A stretch of DNA of 64,000 nucleotides from an uncultured Lachnospiraceae bacterium (lineage in GTDB: Bacteria > Bacillota > Clostridia > Christensenellales > UBA1242): contig CAYOOB010000003.1 of assembly GCA_964405555.1 (NCBI GenBank), positions 24,606-88,605 on the forward strand. Reading direction: 5' to 3'. The notes beneath the pieces were generated by a model. The model had not been told where the DNA came from, ran no database searches, and saw only the letters and a list, made by a program, of their open reading frames with translations. This document shows, piece by piece, positions 47,982-57,252 of this stretch. The stretch's first letter is position 1; the number at the start of each line of letters is the position of its first letter. Position numbers and translations under genes: made by a program.

Positions 47982-48960
47982 TGTCGTGACCTACTTTCTT
48001 GCCGATTTCGATTGCGATGTATTGCAAAACGTCAATAACAACAGAATTACCAAATTGTTTATATGCCTGATTTTTGTTTTTAGCCATTTTGTAGGTGTCT
48101 GGGAATCCCATTAATCTTGCACATTCACGAGGATGTAGCTTGCGTGGTCTACCATTAACCAAATAGCCTCCAGTTTTAGCGAAAACACCACCGCCATTAG
48201 CAGACAAAGTAATTGCTATGCCTTTTGTACTGTAGATTCGTTCACCTTGGCCACCTTTGTTTACAATTCCCAGTCTAATAGACTTGTTACTAAATTGGGA
48301 ATCATCTTTTACATTGTAATAAGTATCTGATCTTTCAACATACAAATTTGAAACTATTGACTCATCATTTAGCAAGAAATCTTGAACGTGTTTAGATAGC
48401 GGGAATGGTTTTGGGAAATTAAAACGACCACAATTTAATTCTTTCCTAAAGCAAACCATGTATATTCTCTCTCTTTTCTGTGGTATGCCATAGTCTGTTG
48501 CATTTAAGACTTTGTAATCAAAGGAGTAGCCTAATTCTTCCATGGTGGCTTTCACAACTTGCAATGTTTTACCGTTATCGTGAGCGGCAAAATTCTTAAC
48601 ATTTTCCATAAAGACAACTTTTGGTTTTTTACATTTTACTATTCTTGCAACATCAAAAAATAGAGTGCCTCGACTATCTTCAAAACCTCGTTGTTTTCCA
48701 CTTATAGAGAATGCCTGGCATGGAAACCCAGCACATAATATATCGTGATCGGGGATAGTATTTTCATCCACCTTGGTAATATCGCCCTCTGGTATATCTC
48801 CAAAGTTTTCATTGTAGACTGTCTGTGCAAATTTGTCCCATTCGTTGGAATACACACATTTTGCTCCTAAAGATTCCAGAGCTAACCTAAAACCACCTAA
48901 TCCTGCAAATAAATCAATAAATGTGCAATATGAAAGAGTCTTCTCTTTTATTTCGATCAT
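47974..48960 (-). CDS. DNA (cytosine-5)-methyltransferase, M.HhaI-like (predicted GCGC specificity)
   Basis: From MIEIKEKTLSYCTFIDLFAGLGGFRLALESLGAKCVYSNEWDK through GFPCQAFSISGKQRGFEDSRGTLFFD, ENVKNF, QKRERIY and QFGNSV, it tracks the M.HhaI sequence as I recall it. This includes the target-recognition loops RLGIVNKGGQGERIYSTKGIAITLSANGGGVFAKTGGYL. Start set at 48960 (GGAGGT RBS). Confidence 0.85.
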   Translation of the reverse strand: MIEIKEKTLSYCTFIDLFAGLGGFRLALESLGAKCVYSNEWDKFAQTVYNENFGDIPEGDITKVDENTIPDHDILCAGFPCQAFSISGKQRGFEDSRGTLFFDVARIVKCKKPKVVFMENVKNFAAHDNGKTLQVVKATMEELGYSFDYKVLNATDYGIPQKRERIYMVCFRKELNCGRFNFPKPFPLSKHVQDFLLNDESIVSNLYVERSDTYYNVKDDSQFSNKSIRLGIVNKGGQGERIYSTKGIAITLSANGGGVFAKTGGYLVNGRPRKLHPRECARLMGFPDTYKMAKNKNQAYKQFGNSVVIDVLQYIAIEIGKKVGHDNA

Positions 48961-49243
48961 TTTAACCTCCGAATCTGTCATATTATAGCACACTGCGCTA
49001 TAAATTCCAACTAATTTCAACCAACTAATTTCAACCAAAAACAGTAAAAACTTATAATTTAATCTGTTGGTTTTCAAATGCAATAGTGTATAATCATATT
49101 GTGAGGAAATATATGAACAATAATAATGAAATTGACATTTTGGACTAGGACATATACAGAGAAGTGCTCCTATATAGTAGAGGGTTGCTTCAAAAAAGAG
49201 CTCGTTTGAATTAATCCTCTAAATTATTTAGGAGGATTTTTTT

Positions 49244-49489
49244 ATGATAGAAAACAAATTATTAACTACAGCAGACATAGAGAACATGTCGCTAAAACAG
49301 TTTCTAAAATACAAAGTTGACACTTCAGAAAGAATATTAATAGCAGCGCAAGAATTGCTTTGTGCCAATGAAGACTGGCTTTTAATTAACGAATTAGAAC
49401 ATGTGGAAACAGTAAAGGAACTATTTCATATTGTTAGACAAGCAAAAGAGGATCTTTGGTTCGATGTACAACGTAGAAAACGAGGTTAA
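49244..49489 (+). CDS. hypothetical 81-aa protein (island)
   Basis: AGGAGG RBS and coding-like composition. No motif recognised. Confidence 0.45.
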   Translation: MIENKLLTTADIENMSLKQFLKYKVDTSERILIAAQELLCANEDWLLINELEHVETVKELFHIVRQAKEDLWFDVQRRKRG

Positions 49490-49494
49490 TAAAG

Positions 49495-50160
49495 ATGCGA
49501 CAATTTATTTTTGAGTTTGAACAACCAGTTGTCATGCGACTAGGATTAAATCTTAAAGAACTGCTCTTTTTAGACTATATTTTACAGTTTGTAAATAGTG
49601 GCAATATGCGAAGTAAAAGAGTTGAAAGTAAATACTATTTTAAGTTAACATACAAAAAGATTATGGAAGACCTCCCTATTTTAAAAATTAAAGAAAGACA
49701 AATTCGCAACATGATAACAAAACTTGAGAATATGCATCTCGTTGAGTGTCTTTCAGAGTTAAGGAACGAAATGCACTTAAATGTGGATTTTGATGCTCTG
49801 TTCGGTAACAAATTGCCAGACGGTTTCGATCTTTCAGCAATTGGCTTCCACGATGAAGGTAATGGAGTGCTGACAATAGATTATTATGATATTAAAAAAA
49901 TAAAAATAATAACTGAATACACGCGCGTGAAAGATGTGGATAAAGATTTACTAACAAATCTATTCTATGAAAATATATCACACATAGTATCACCAACTAT
50001 CTTTCAAGGATTTATTAAAGATAAAGTATTTGTTGAAGAGATAAAAGATGAATATGTTTTGCTGTCTGTCACAAATGTTAAGTACGTAGGCAAAGAATAT
50101 GGCGAAAAAGTTAAATTTGCACTTGAGAAATCTTTAAAAAGCCTAGTATATAATGGCTAG
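49495..50160 (+). CDS. hypothetical 221-aa protein, possible winged-helix DNA-binding / replication-initiation-like function
   Basis: The N-terminal LKELLFLDYILQFV...YFKLTYKKIMEDLPILKIKERQIRNMITKLENMHLVE resembles wHTH modules of mobile-element Rep/DnaD-like proteins. This is a weak call. Confidence 0.3.
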   Translation: MRQFIFEFEQPVVMRLGLNLKELLFLDYILQFVNSGNMRSKRVESKYYFKLTYKKIMEDLPILKIKERQIRNMITKLENMHLVECLSELRNEMHLNVDFDALFGNKLPDGFDLSAIGFHDEGNGVLTIDYYDIKKIKIITEYTRVKDVDKDLLTNLFYENISHIVSPTIFQGFIKDKVFVEEIKDEYVLLSVTNVKYVGKEYGEKVKFALEKSLKSLVYNG

Positions 50161-50575
50161 CCCCAGGGGTGGTCAAATCTCTACGAGATACACGATCAGA
50201 ACGGGCGGGCAGCCGCACGCAAAAATTCGCGAAATCAAAAATCAAAAAATAATCAAAATTTTTATTGAAAATATGCTTAAATCACTTATTTCGCTAGCAA
50301 AAATGTACTTTTTGATTATTTACTTGAAATCAAAAATAATTAAATTTTAGTTAAACAAAATCAAAATTTAACCGGCAATTTTAATTTTAGCGACACGATT
50401 AAACGGGTTTTTTAGAAAGGTTTTGTGATTTACGATAATTTACTCAAAACAAATGCTTTCGTGCGACTGTGAGCGAATTTAAGGCAAATTAAAGCAAGAT
50501 TACAAAATTACAAGAAAACAAAGTTTCAAGGATACAAAGATACAAGAAAAATCTTTTATTTTATTCGGCTGTTCA

Positions 50576-50630
50576 CTGGACTTTATTGTGCTTTTGCGGT
50601 ATGTGTTTGATAGCAAAAGCACAAGTCCAG
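50576..50630. promoter_or_regulatory. long imperfect inverted repeat just upstream of xis
   Basis: ctggactttattgtgcttttgc (50576-50597) and gcaaaagcacaagtccag (50613-50630). 18 paired positions with a 3-nt bulge. It ends 27 nt before the xis ATG. Confidence 0.5.
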
Positions 50631-50656
50631 TTGGAAACAGCACACTGGAGGTATCA

Positions 50657-50875
50657 ATGCAAAGAATAAGGACTATCACTGAGACATTACAAATGTTGAA
50701 GAAAGAAGATCCAGAAACTTGTTTAAGCGAGTTTCTAATAAGGAAACTTGCAAACAACTACAAAATTCGTTCCATCAAAACTGGCAACAAAGTACTGATA
50801 GACTACGATTCACTATTGGCATTTCTTCAAAGCAAAAGTTATGAGTTGCCAATGGAACAAATCATTATTGAATAA
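50657..50875 (+). CDS. xis: excisionase-like small DNA-binding protein
   Basis: 72 aa with a GGAGG RBS, ending 11 nt before int. Contains an HTH-like segment (CLSEFLIRKLANNYKIRSIKTGNKVLIDYDSLLAFL). The call is mainly positional. Confidence 0.5.
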   Translation: MQRIRTITETLQMLKKEDPETCLSEFLIRKLANNYKIRSIKTGNKVLIDYDSLLAFLQSKSYELPMEQIIIE

Positions 50876-50886
50876 GGAGAAAAGTT

Positions 50887-52278
50887 ATGCCATGTATTAA
50901 AAAGAATGTGTTAGACACGGGTGCGATTTCATATCGCATCCAAGTCAAAGCGAAGAATGAAAGGACTGGAAAGTTTGAGGCGAAAGTGATGACTTGCAGG
51001 AAGCCAGCAGAACTCACAGAAAGGCAATATAAACGAGAACTGCAAAGAATAGCATTTGAATTCGAAGATAAGTTCCGCAAGTCTATGAATGGCTTGCTTG
51101 CCGTAGATAATGACATATTATTCATAGATCATGCCAACAAGTGGTTAGAAAAAGTTAAGAACACAAAATCGCTCAACTATTATGTTAAAGGTAAGGACAG
51201 TATCAAAAAGTTCTATGCTTACTTTGGGAATATTAAACTAAATCAAATCACACCAGTTATGGTCCAAGGGTTCTTGGATGAAATGAGTTTTAAAAAGGTT
51301 GAAAAGAAAAGTGCTGTGATGATAAAAGATATAACTCAATATCTTAAATCACACTGCATTAAACTTGTAGATGCAACAAACAAAACTGGCATATCAAGAT
51401 CAATATTCTTCTCTGCAACAAGTGGCCATGGAATAAGAGTTGAAAATGCTGAGAGAATATGCCAAGAGTTGGGGTTAAATTATGACGAGTATTTTAAGAC
51501 TGAAATTGTCTCTCATCCTTACGCAAAAGAAACAATACTAAAACTTAAACGAACATTAGCAACAATTCTGGCAGAGGCTAAGAGACAAAGATTGGTTGAG
51601 CATAACTTTGCGAGCAGAGATTATATCGCACCAATACAAGGCTACAAGAAAGAAATACAAATCTTAAACGACAAGGAGGCAAAGATACTGGCACAGTATT
51701 TGGACACTGAACCAAATCCTCGCTGGAAGATTGCTCTATTAACTATCTTGTTTATGGGGTTAAGGCGTGGCGAACTCGCTGGACTTGAATGGCAAGACAT
51801 TGATTTTGAAAACAAAACAATGACAATTCAAAGATCGGTGCAAGATATTGTTGGATTTGGACTTATAACAAAAGATCCAAAAACCGAAAACTCAAAACGA
51901 ACAATATCAATGCCAGATAAACTTATAACTTACTTGAAAGAATATCAAGCATGGTGGGACAATCAAAAACATTACTTGGGCGACCGCTGGAAAGATACTG
52001 ATAGATTGTTCTGCACAGAAGATGGTAAAACAATTTCACCAGGACTATTTAGAGTGTGGTTGCAAAAGACACTGATAAAAGCGGGACTACCAAAAGTATC
52101 TCTCCACTCACTTCGTCACACCAATATAACATTGCAACTAATCGCTGGCGTAGATATGAAAACGGTGTCTGCTCGTGCTGGACATAGCAAAGCGTTAAAG
52201 ACAAGCGATTTCTATAGCCACTTTATAAAGAATTCAGATATCCATGCAAGTGAAATATTAAATAAAATTTTTGAATGA
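50887..52278 (+). CDS. int: tyrosine-type site-specific integrase
   Basis: Catalytic residues in order: LRRGELAGLEWQDIDF (Arg), HSLRHTNITL (H-x-x-R), AGHSKALKTSDFYSH (His...Tyr). The N-terminal arm-binding-like domain is SYRIQVKAKNERTGKFEAKVMTCRKP. Confidence 0.92.
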   Translation: MPCIKKNVLDTGAISYRIQVKAKNERTGKFEAKVMTCRKPAELTERQYKRELQRIAFEFEDKFRKSMNGLLAVDNDILFIDHANKWLEKVKNTKSLNYYVKGKDSIKKFYAYFGNIKLNQITPVMVQGFLDEMSFKKVEKKSAVMIKDITQYLKSHCIKLVDATNKTGISRSIFFSATSGHGIRVENAERICQELGLNYDEYFKTEIVSHPYAKETILKLKRTLATILAEAKRQRLVEHNFASRDYIAPIQGYKKEIQILNDKEAKILAQYLDTEPNPRWKIALLTILFMGLRRGELAGLEWQDIDFENKTMTIQRSVQDIVGFGLITKDPKTENSKRTISMPDKLITYLKEYQAWWDNQKHYLGDRWKDTDRLFCTEDGKTISPGLFRVWLQKTLIKAGLPKVSLHSLRHTNITLQLIAGVDMKTVSARAGHSKALKTSDFYSHFIKNSDIHASEILNKIFE

Positions 52279-52442
52279 TTATTAAATAATAATTAAAAAA
52301 CTTTGAGCGTTGTTAAGATTTACAGTAAAATAATTAGAATTGAGATTCGTAGATCTCAGACAACTTGAAATTTAGTGAAAATTCTTGTATAATAATACAA
52401 ATAGTGTTATTAGGTACAAACATTGTTGTAATGGAGGAATTA

Positions 52443-55400
52443 ATGAACGAATCAAATGAAAGGGTACAGTTTATTTCTGATTATATTATCTCTTATGAAA
52501 ACAAAATTAAAATATTAAATAAAGAAGGGTTGTTTGATGCGGCAAAATTGTTTGAACTTTTTGCAATCAAGGTTTGTTCTTTATACTTTAAACAAGAATT
52601 TTTTAACCTAAATGTTAATACGTTTCAATATCCTTGTGTTGATTTAATATCTGAAGATAAGAATTTATTTGTTCAAGTTAGTACAGTTCAAGATGTACCA
52701 ACGAAAATTAAAAATACTTTAGAATCTATCAGAGATTCTAAACATGAAAACATAAAGGATATAAAGAACGTAATTTTCTTTTTGCTTAGCAATGATAGTA
52801 TCAACAATGTAGTGGATTATAAAGGTGAGAACAAAATTGGTAATTTTGAATTTATTAAAAAAGAAAATTTAATAACAACACGAGATGTCATTTATAAGGC
52901 AGAAGTGGATTTAGATTTTCAGTTAGGACTATATGATATTCTAAAAAAGGAAGAAGAAAGTGTTAAAACTAATTTAAAAAGTTTTAAAGAGGCATTAAGA
53001 GATAGTGCTACTTGTATTTCTTCTATTGAAGATAAGATCAACGGAGAATATAGTATTGATTTGTCTGAATATATAAATAATATTAGAGAACACAACCATA
53101 AAAATATTTTAATTGAAGGGAAAGCAGGCAGCGGGAAAACGGTTCTTTGTAAAAAGTTAGTTGAACAAGAAGAGATAGTGTTATTTGCAAGAGCTGAGAG
53201 ATTTTGTGAAGAAACTAATATAAACAGTATTTGGCATTTTAATTTAGATGAAACGCTAGAATATTTAAATAATAAAAAGATAGTTATATTTATAGATGCA
53301 TTAGAGTTTATTGCCGACAATAGAACTAAACTTGACATGTTAATGATGCTATATGAACGAACAAAAGATTATAGAAACGTATTTATAATTGTGTCTTGTA
53401 GAACTAGTGATAAATCAGCATTTATAAAATTGCAAAATGAATACTCTATTGTTAATTATGAGGTTGCAAACCTGAATCCAGAAATGCTAAAACCATTGGC
53501 GGATAAGTATTCAATCATAAGAGATATGCAGAATAACGATTTATACTCTGAGCTTTTAGGATCTCCATTTTACTTAAATATTATTATTTCAAATATGTCA
53601 ACACTGCAAAATATTTCAGACGAAAATCAACTTAGAGAATATATTTGGCAAAAGGTTATTAGTTTAAATGATAGTAATATTAGAGATGCTGTTAATAAAA
53701 TCGTTTTTGAAAGAGCTAAGAATTTTCTTGTTGGAGTACCTTGTGATGAAATAGATCCCGAGATTCTAAAAAAATTAGAATCAAATAATATAGTTACGTG
53801 TAATGATAAACGTGTCAGATTAAAGTATGATATTTTTGAAGATATATGTTTTGAGCAATATATCGACAAAGTTTTTTATGAATGCAAAGGTGATTATAAA
53901 ATATTTTTTGATAAATTAGAAAATATGGGTAGGTGTATATATAGACGATACCAAATTTGGATTGAAAATAAATTATTAGCAAAAAATAATAGAGACAAAT
54001 TTATTTATAGTTTATTATTTTCAAAAACTTTGCCTGATGAATGGCACAAACAAACTGAGATAGGGTTAGTTAAGTCAAGACATAGTGAAAGTTTCTTTAT
54101 TGAGAACGCGAATACTTTAATTAAAGAAAATCTTTTATTAGAATTTGTAAATATTACAAATTTGTATGGCTTTGAACTCGATGTACCTTTTTCTAGGGAC
54201 ATTTATTTAACCCTAAAAAATGCGGGAATTGGTAGAAAATGTTTAATTAATATTATAGCCGAAAACAATTTATATAAAACATGGACAGAGCCAGTTCAAC
54301 CATTAGAGAAGCTTGTAATTGACTATTCCCAAAATAAAGATTATGATGAAAGTACTGCAATAAATACAACAAAAATACTTGCTTATCTAATTGACGAAAT
54401 ACTGTTAAACAAGCCAAAAGAAAAATATTGGAGAGTTTTTGATTGTATAAAAGATAAACTAAGGGCTGTATACAAACTCGGAAACTATTGTAAAGATTGG
54501 ATTAATAATTTCTTCAACAAAGTAATAGATATGTTTAAGGGGCAAGATGACGATAAAGTAAGATTTGCTGAGGATGTAATAGAGAATATAATTAGTTATG
54601 AAAATTGTATATTGTCAAAATACATTCCTAATGAAGTATGTAACATTTTTGAATTATATTATACATTTAAGCGTAAACCTTCTAAAAATAACTTTTATAT
54701 CCCAGAAAACGAAAATAAAATATACTCATTGTATGGTTTGAATAAAAATGCAGAAAGTTATGACCATGAATCATTTAGGAAAGCCCCTCAAAATAGTAAC
54801 TTCGTATATATGTATTTTTGTTTTAACGGACTTCATGGACTAAAATGGATGGTTCAGTTTATTAATAAACTTGTGTTAAACTTTAAAAATAATAATAAAG
54901 GGTTACCAGAATTTACTGTTTACTTTGCAGAAACAAATAAAGAAAAGAAATATTTTGGATATTCGGATATGTGGCTTACAATGGTTCAAGAACATCAAGT
55001 TCCTACGCTTATTGCCGATATTGTGTATTCATTTAAAGAACTAATTAGGTTTTATATGAAAAATAATGACTTGTCAGTCACTCAAAAACTTAAAATTGCA
55101 AACAATATAAAAAATTACATTTATGAAAATTCGAACAATATTATATTGTTATCAATTATTTCAGAAGTTGGTATGGAATTTGAGCAGTTGTTACCAGGAT
55201 ATGCAATAGATTTAATTTCAAATATGGATATTGTTATCAATGATTTAACAAGATATTCTTTACAAATGCCTAATCCTTTAAGGAATAAGTTGGAAAATGA
55301 AATTATGATATCCGCGGGATTACCTTTTGGATTGAAACACAGGTACAAAGCGGTCAATAACAATATAAGTTTGCGAGAGTATGCCCGCAACTGCCAAATT

Positions 55401-57188
55401 GAACATGGAAAAAATATAAGGAAAAAAACTTTTGATATAATTGATTATTTATATAGAACAATTCCTGATGATCTTGAAAATTGTGAAAGGTATTTACAGC
55501 TCCAACAAATAGACATGAGAAAAGCCGAGGTACATAAGATTAATGATTCAACAATAGAGTCAATAACTGGTATGGCTAAACAGAAATCTGATAAACAAGA
55601 GAAATTAAACAGCAAATATATACCTCTGGTAAATAAATGTAATGACTTAAACAACAAAATAAAAGATAATACCATCATTCTTGATGACTATATCTCTTCT
55701 ATCAATTTATTGTTGTCTTATAAAGATGATCCATTATATTTTTCAATTGAGAATAATTTATTTGCATATATTTCTTTGGCTTTAAATGATCCGAATTTAG
55801 ACATTGTTAAGAGAGAAGAATATTGTAAATTGTGGATTGAAAATTCAAGTAAGTTAACTTTCAATGGATCAATGCTTGATTCTGAATTATTTACAATTTT
55901 GTTTAAACAAATTAACTTAGAAATTAATGGTATCTTAAAAAACGATATCAAACAAATTCTATTAGATCTAATTCTTTATGAAGGTCCTAATGGCAAGATT
56001 AGACAAATTGCGGTTTACGCAAAACAATATCTGAGAAATAATATACAAATTGCGACTTCTATTTTTTATACGATTTTAGCATTAGCAAAAGATGAAATGA
56101 ACCATCAAAAATATAACGCAAAGTATATAATAGAAAATAAATTAGAGGACAATTTTGTATTTAAACCTAATATGCAAGCGAAATTGGTTGGAGTAGATCA
56201 ATTTATTGAAAATGATGGTAAAAAGCTGTATTGTTCAAATGCTCAACAAATAATAAAGAAATATTTATACGATGAACAACAATTAGATTTAGACGACTTT
56301 AATTTATATGATTATGATATACATTTACTTAGCTATGCTCTTAACTGCGGGGTGACTCTAGATGGATCTATTTTTGATGACATTGTAAGACAATATATTG
56401 AATTTCTAATTCACTTTTGGCATGAAAACAAAGGGAACTATAGCAACCACGAAATTATCGGCGTGTATGAATTATATGAAGTACAGGAGTTTATACAAAG
56501 AGAAATATTGAGCAATTTAAATCAGACCAAAAAAGTATTAAGCTTAATGTTTGATAACATCGACTATTCTTTGTTTGAAAAAGAAACCGTAGAATTTTAT
56601 CTTGAAGTATTTGGTTGTTTATTGTCCTATTACTTTGATTCTTATGATAATGCTCAAAAAAGACAAAATTGTGAAGAAATAATAGAATTATTAGCAGAAA
56701 AAATTAATGCTATAAACGACGTAAATTTACGTATAAATTTAACAAAATGTTTGATGTTTTGTTTAACTCGATATGGTGGATCGGGTGATTGGAGCAACTG
56801 TAAAGCTTCGTATTCATATAAGGATAAGCTGTTCCTAAATAAAGTGTTCGCTAATTACGGATATTATCATTTGGGAGAATTGTTGGAAGTCATTTATAAA
56901 ATGCATTTAGATGAATTATTACCAGAAATTCTATTATCTTTAAAAGAATCGTTTGAAAAAGCACCACGAGAAAGGAAATATGAATGGGATACAGAATCTT
57001 TATATAAGATAATTCTTGATAAATCATTTATAATAGACTCCATAATAAATAAATCATTCTTTAAATTTGCCAGAGATATAAAAGAAGATAATGATTTAAT
57101 TGCTGCTTTTGAGTATATTTTAAACGTATTAGTAGAATATGGAAATGAAAAGGCCGCCGTCATTCTTGATGAATTTCGGATACACTAG
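52443..57188 (+). CDS. giant (1581-aa) P-loop NTPase: SMEK-like N-terminal domain + STAND/AAA-like NTPase + ~1250-aa uncharacterised C-terminal region
   Basis: Walker A IEGKAGSGKTVLCKKL (aa ~226), Walker B KIVIFIDALEF (aa ~280), sensor-like FIIVSCRTSDK (aa ~314). The N-terminal LFDAAKLFELFAIKVCSLYF..NLNVNTFQYPCVDLISEDKNLFVQVSTVQDVPTKIKNTLE resembles the SMEK-type domain of conflict-system NTPases (from memory). Start set at ATG 52443 (GGAGG 5 nt upstream). Confidence 0.65.
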   Translation: MNESNERVQFISDYIISYENKIKILNKEGLFDAAKLFELFAIKVCSLYFKQEFFNLNVNTFQYPCVDLISEDKNLFVQVSTVQDVPTKIKNTLESIRDSKHENIKDIKNVIFFLLSNDSINNVVDYKGENKIGNFEFIKKENLITTRDVIYKAEVDLDFQLGLYDILKKEEESVKTNLKSFKEALRDSATCISSIEDKINGEYSIDLSEYINNIREHNHKNILIEGKAGSGKTVLCKKLVEQEEIVLFARAERFCEETNINSIWHFNLDETLEYLNNKKIVIFIDALEFIADNRTKLDMLMMLYERTKDYRNVFIIVSCRTSDKSAFIKLQNEYSIVNYEVANLNPEMLKPLADKYSIIRDMQNNDLYSELLGSPFYLNIIISNMSTLQNISDENQLREYIWQKVISLNDSNIRDAVNKIVFERAKNFLVGVPCDEIDPEILKKLESNNIVTCNDKRVRLKYDIFEDICFEQYIDKVFYECKGDYKIFFDKLENMGRCIYRRYQIWIENKLLAKNNRDKFIYSLLFSKTLPDEWHKQTEIGLVKSRHSESFFIENANTLIKENLLLEFVNITNLYGFELDVPFSRDIYLTLKNAGIGRKCLINIIAENNLYKTWTEPVQPLEKLVIDYSQNKDYDESTAINTTKILAYLIDEILLNKPKEKYWRVFDCIKDKLRAVYKLGNYCKDWINNFFNKVIDMFKGQDDDKVRFAEDVIENIISYENCILSKYIPNEVCNIFELYYTFKRKPSKNNFYIPENENKIYSLYGLNKNAESYDHESFRKAPQNSNFVYMYFCFNGLHGLKWMVQFINKLVLNFKNNNKGLPEFTVYFAETNKEKKYFGYSDMWLTMVQEHQVPTLIADIVYSFKELIRFYMKNNDLSVTQKLKIANNIKNYIYENSNNIILLSIISEVGMEFEQLLPGYAIDLISNMDIVINDLTRYSLQMPNPLRNKLENEIMISAGLPFGLKHRYKAVNNNISLREYARNCQIEHGKNIRKKTFDIIDYLYRTIPDDLENCERYLQLQQIDMRKAEVHKINDSTIESITGMAKQKSDKQEKLNSKYIPLVNKCNDLNNKIKDNTIILDDYISSINLLLSYKDDPLYFSIENNLFAYISLALNDPNLDIVKREEYCKLWIENSSKLTFNGSMLDSELFTILFKQINLEINGILKNDIKQILLDLILYEGPNGKIRQIAVYAKQYLRNNIQIATSIFYTILALAKDEMNHQKYNAKYIIENKLEDNFVFKPNMQAKLVGVDQFIENDGKKLYCSNAQQIIKKYLYDEQQLDLDDFNLYDYDIHLLSYALNCGVTLDGSIFDDIVRQYIEFLIHFWHENKGNYSNHEIIGVYELYEVQEFIQREILSNLNQTKKVLSLMFDNIDYSLFEKETVEFYLEVFGCLLSYYFDSYDNAQKRQNCEEIIELLAEKINAINDVNLRINLTKCLMFCLTRYGGSGDWSNCKASYSYKDKLFLNKVFANYGYYHLGELLEVIYKMHLDELLPEILLSLKESFEKAPRERKYEWDTESLYKIILDKSFIIDSIINKSFFKFARDIKEDNDLIAAFEYILNVLVEYGNEKAAVILDEFRIH

Positions 57189-57213
57189 CGACAAAAATTA
57201 ATATATTCAATAA

Positions 57214-57245
57214 AAAGACGACTAAATAAAGCCGTCTTTTTTTTG
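57214..57245 (+). terminator. terminator after the giant NTPase gene
   Basis: aagacg (57215-57220) / cgtctt (57233-57238), followed by T8. Confidence 0.5.
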
Positions 57246-57252
57246 TATAAAT

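Noticed and set aside
42388-48960. Classifying the helicase plus MTase block as a known type I, type III, BREX or DISARM system
   Set aside because: The hallmark partners are absent: no HsdS/HsdM, no N6-adenine Mod, no PglZ/BrxC, and no DUF1998/PLD proteins. The MTases are C5 enzymes. I therefore left it as an unclassified candidate.
49228-49236. ttaggagg as the missing second att core of the inverted int-bearing element
   Set aside because: The match to the 57291-57298 core is only 8 bp, and it coincides with the Shine-Dalgarno sequence of the 49244 ORF. That is fully explained by chance or function, so the left boundary of that element remains unknown.
50153-50350. 65-aa ORF MASPRGGQISTRYTIRTGGQPHAK...
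   Set aside because: It has no RBS, starts inside the stop region of the preceding gene, and runs from the GC-rich patch into low-complexity A/T sequence. I treated the region as a non-coding anomaly instead.
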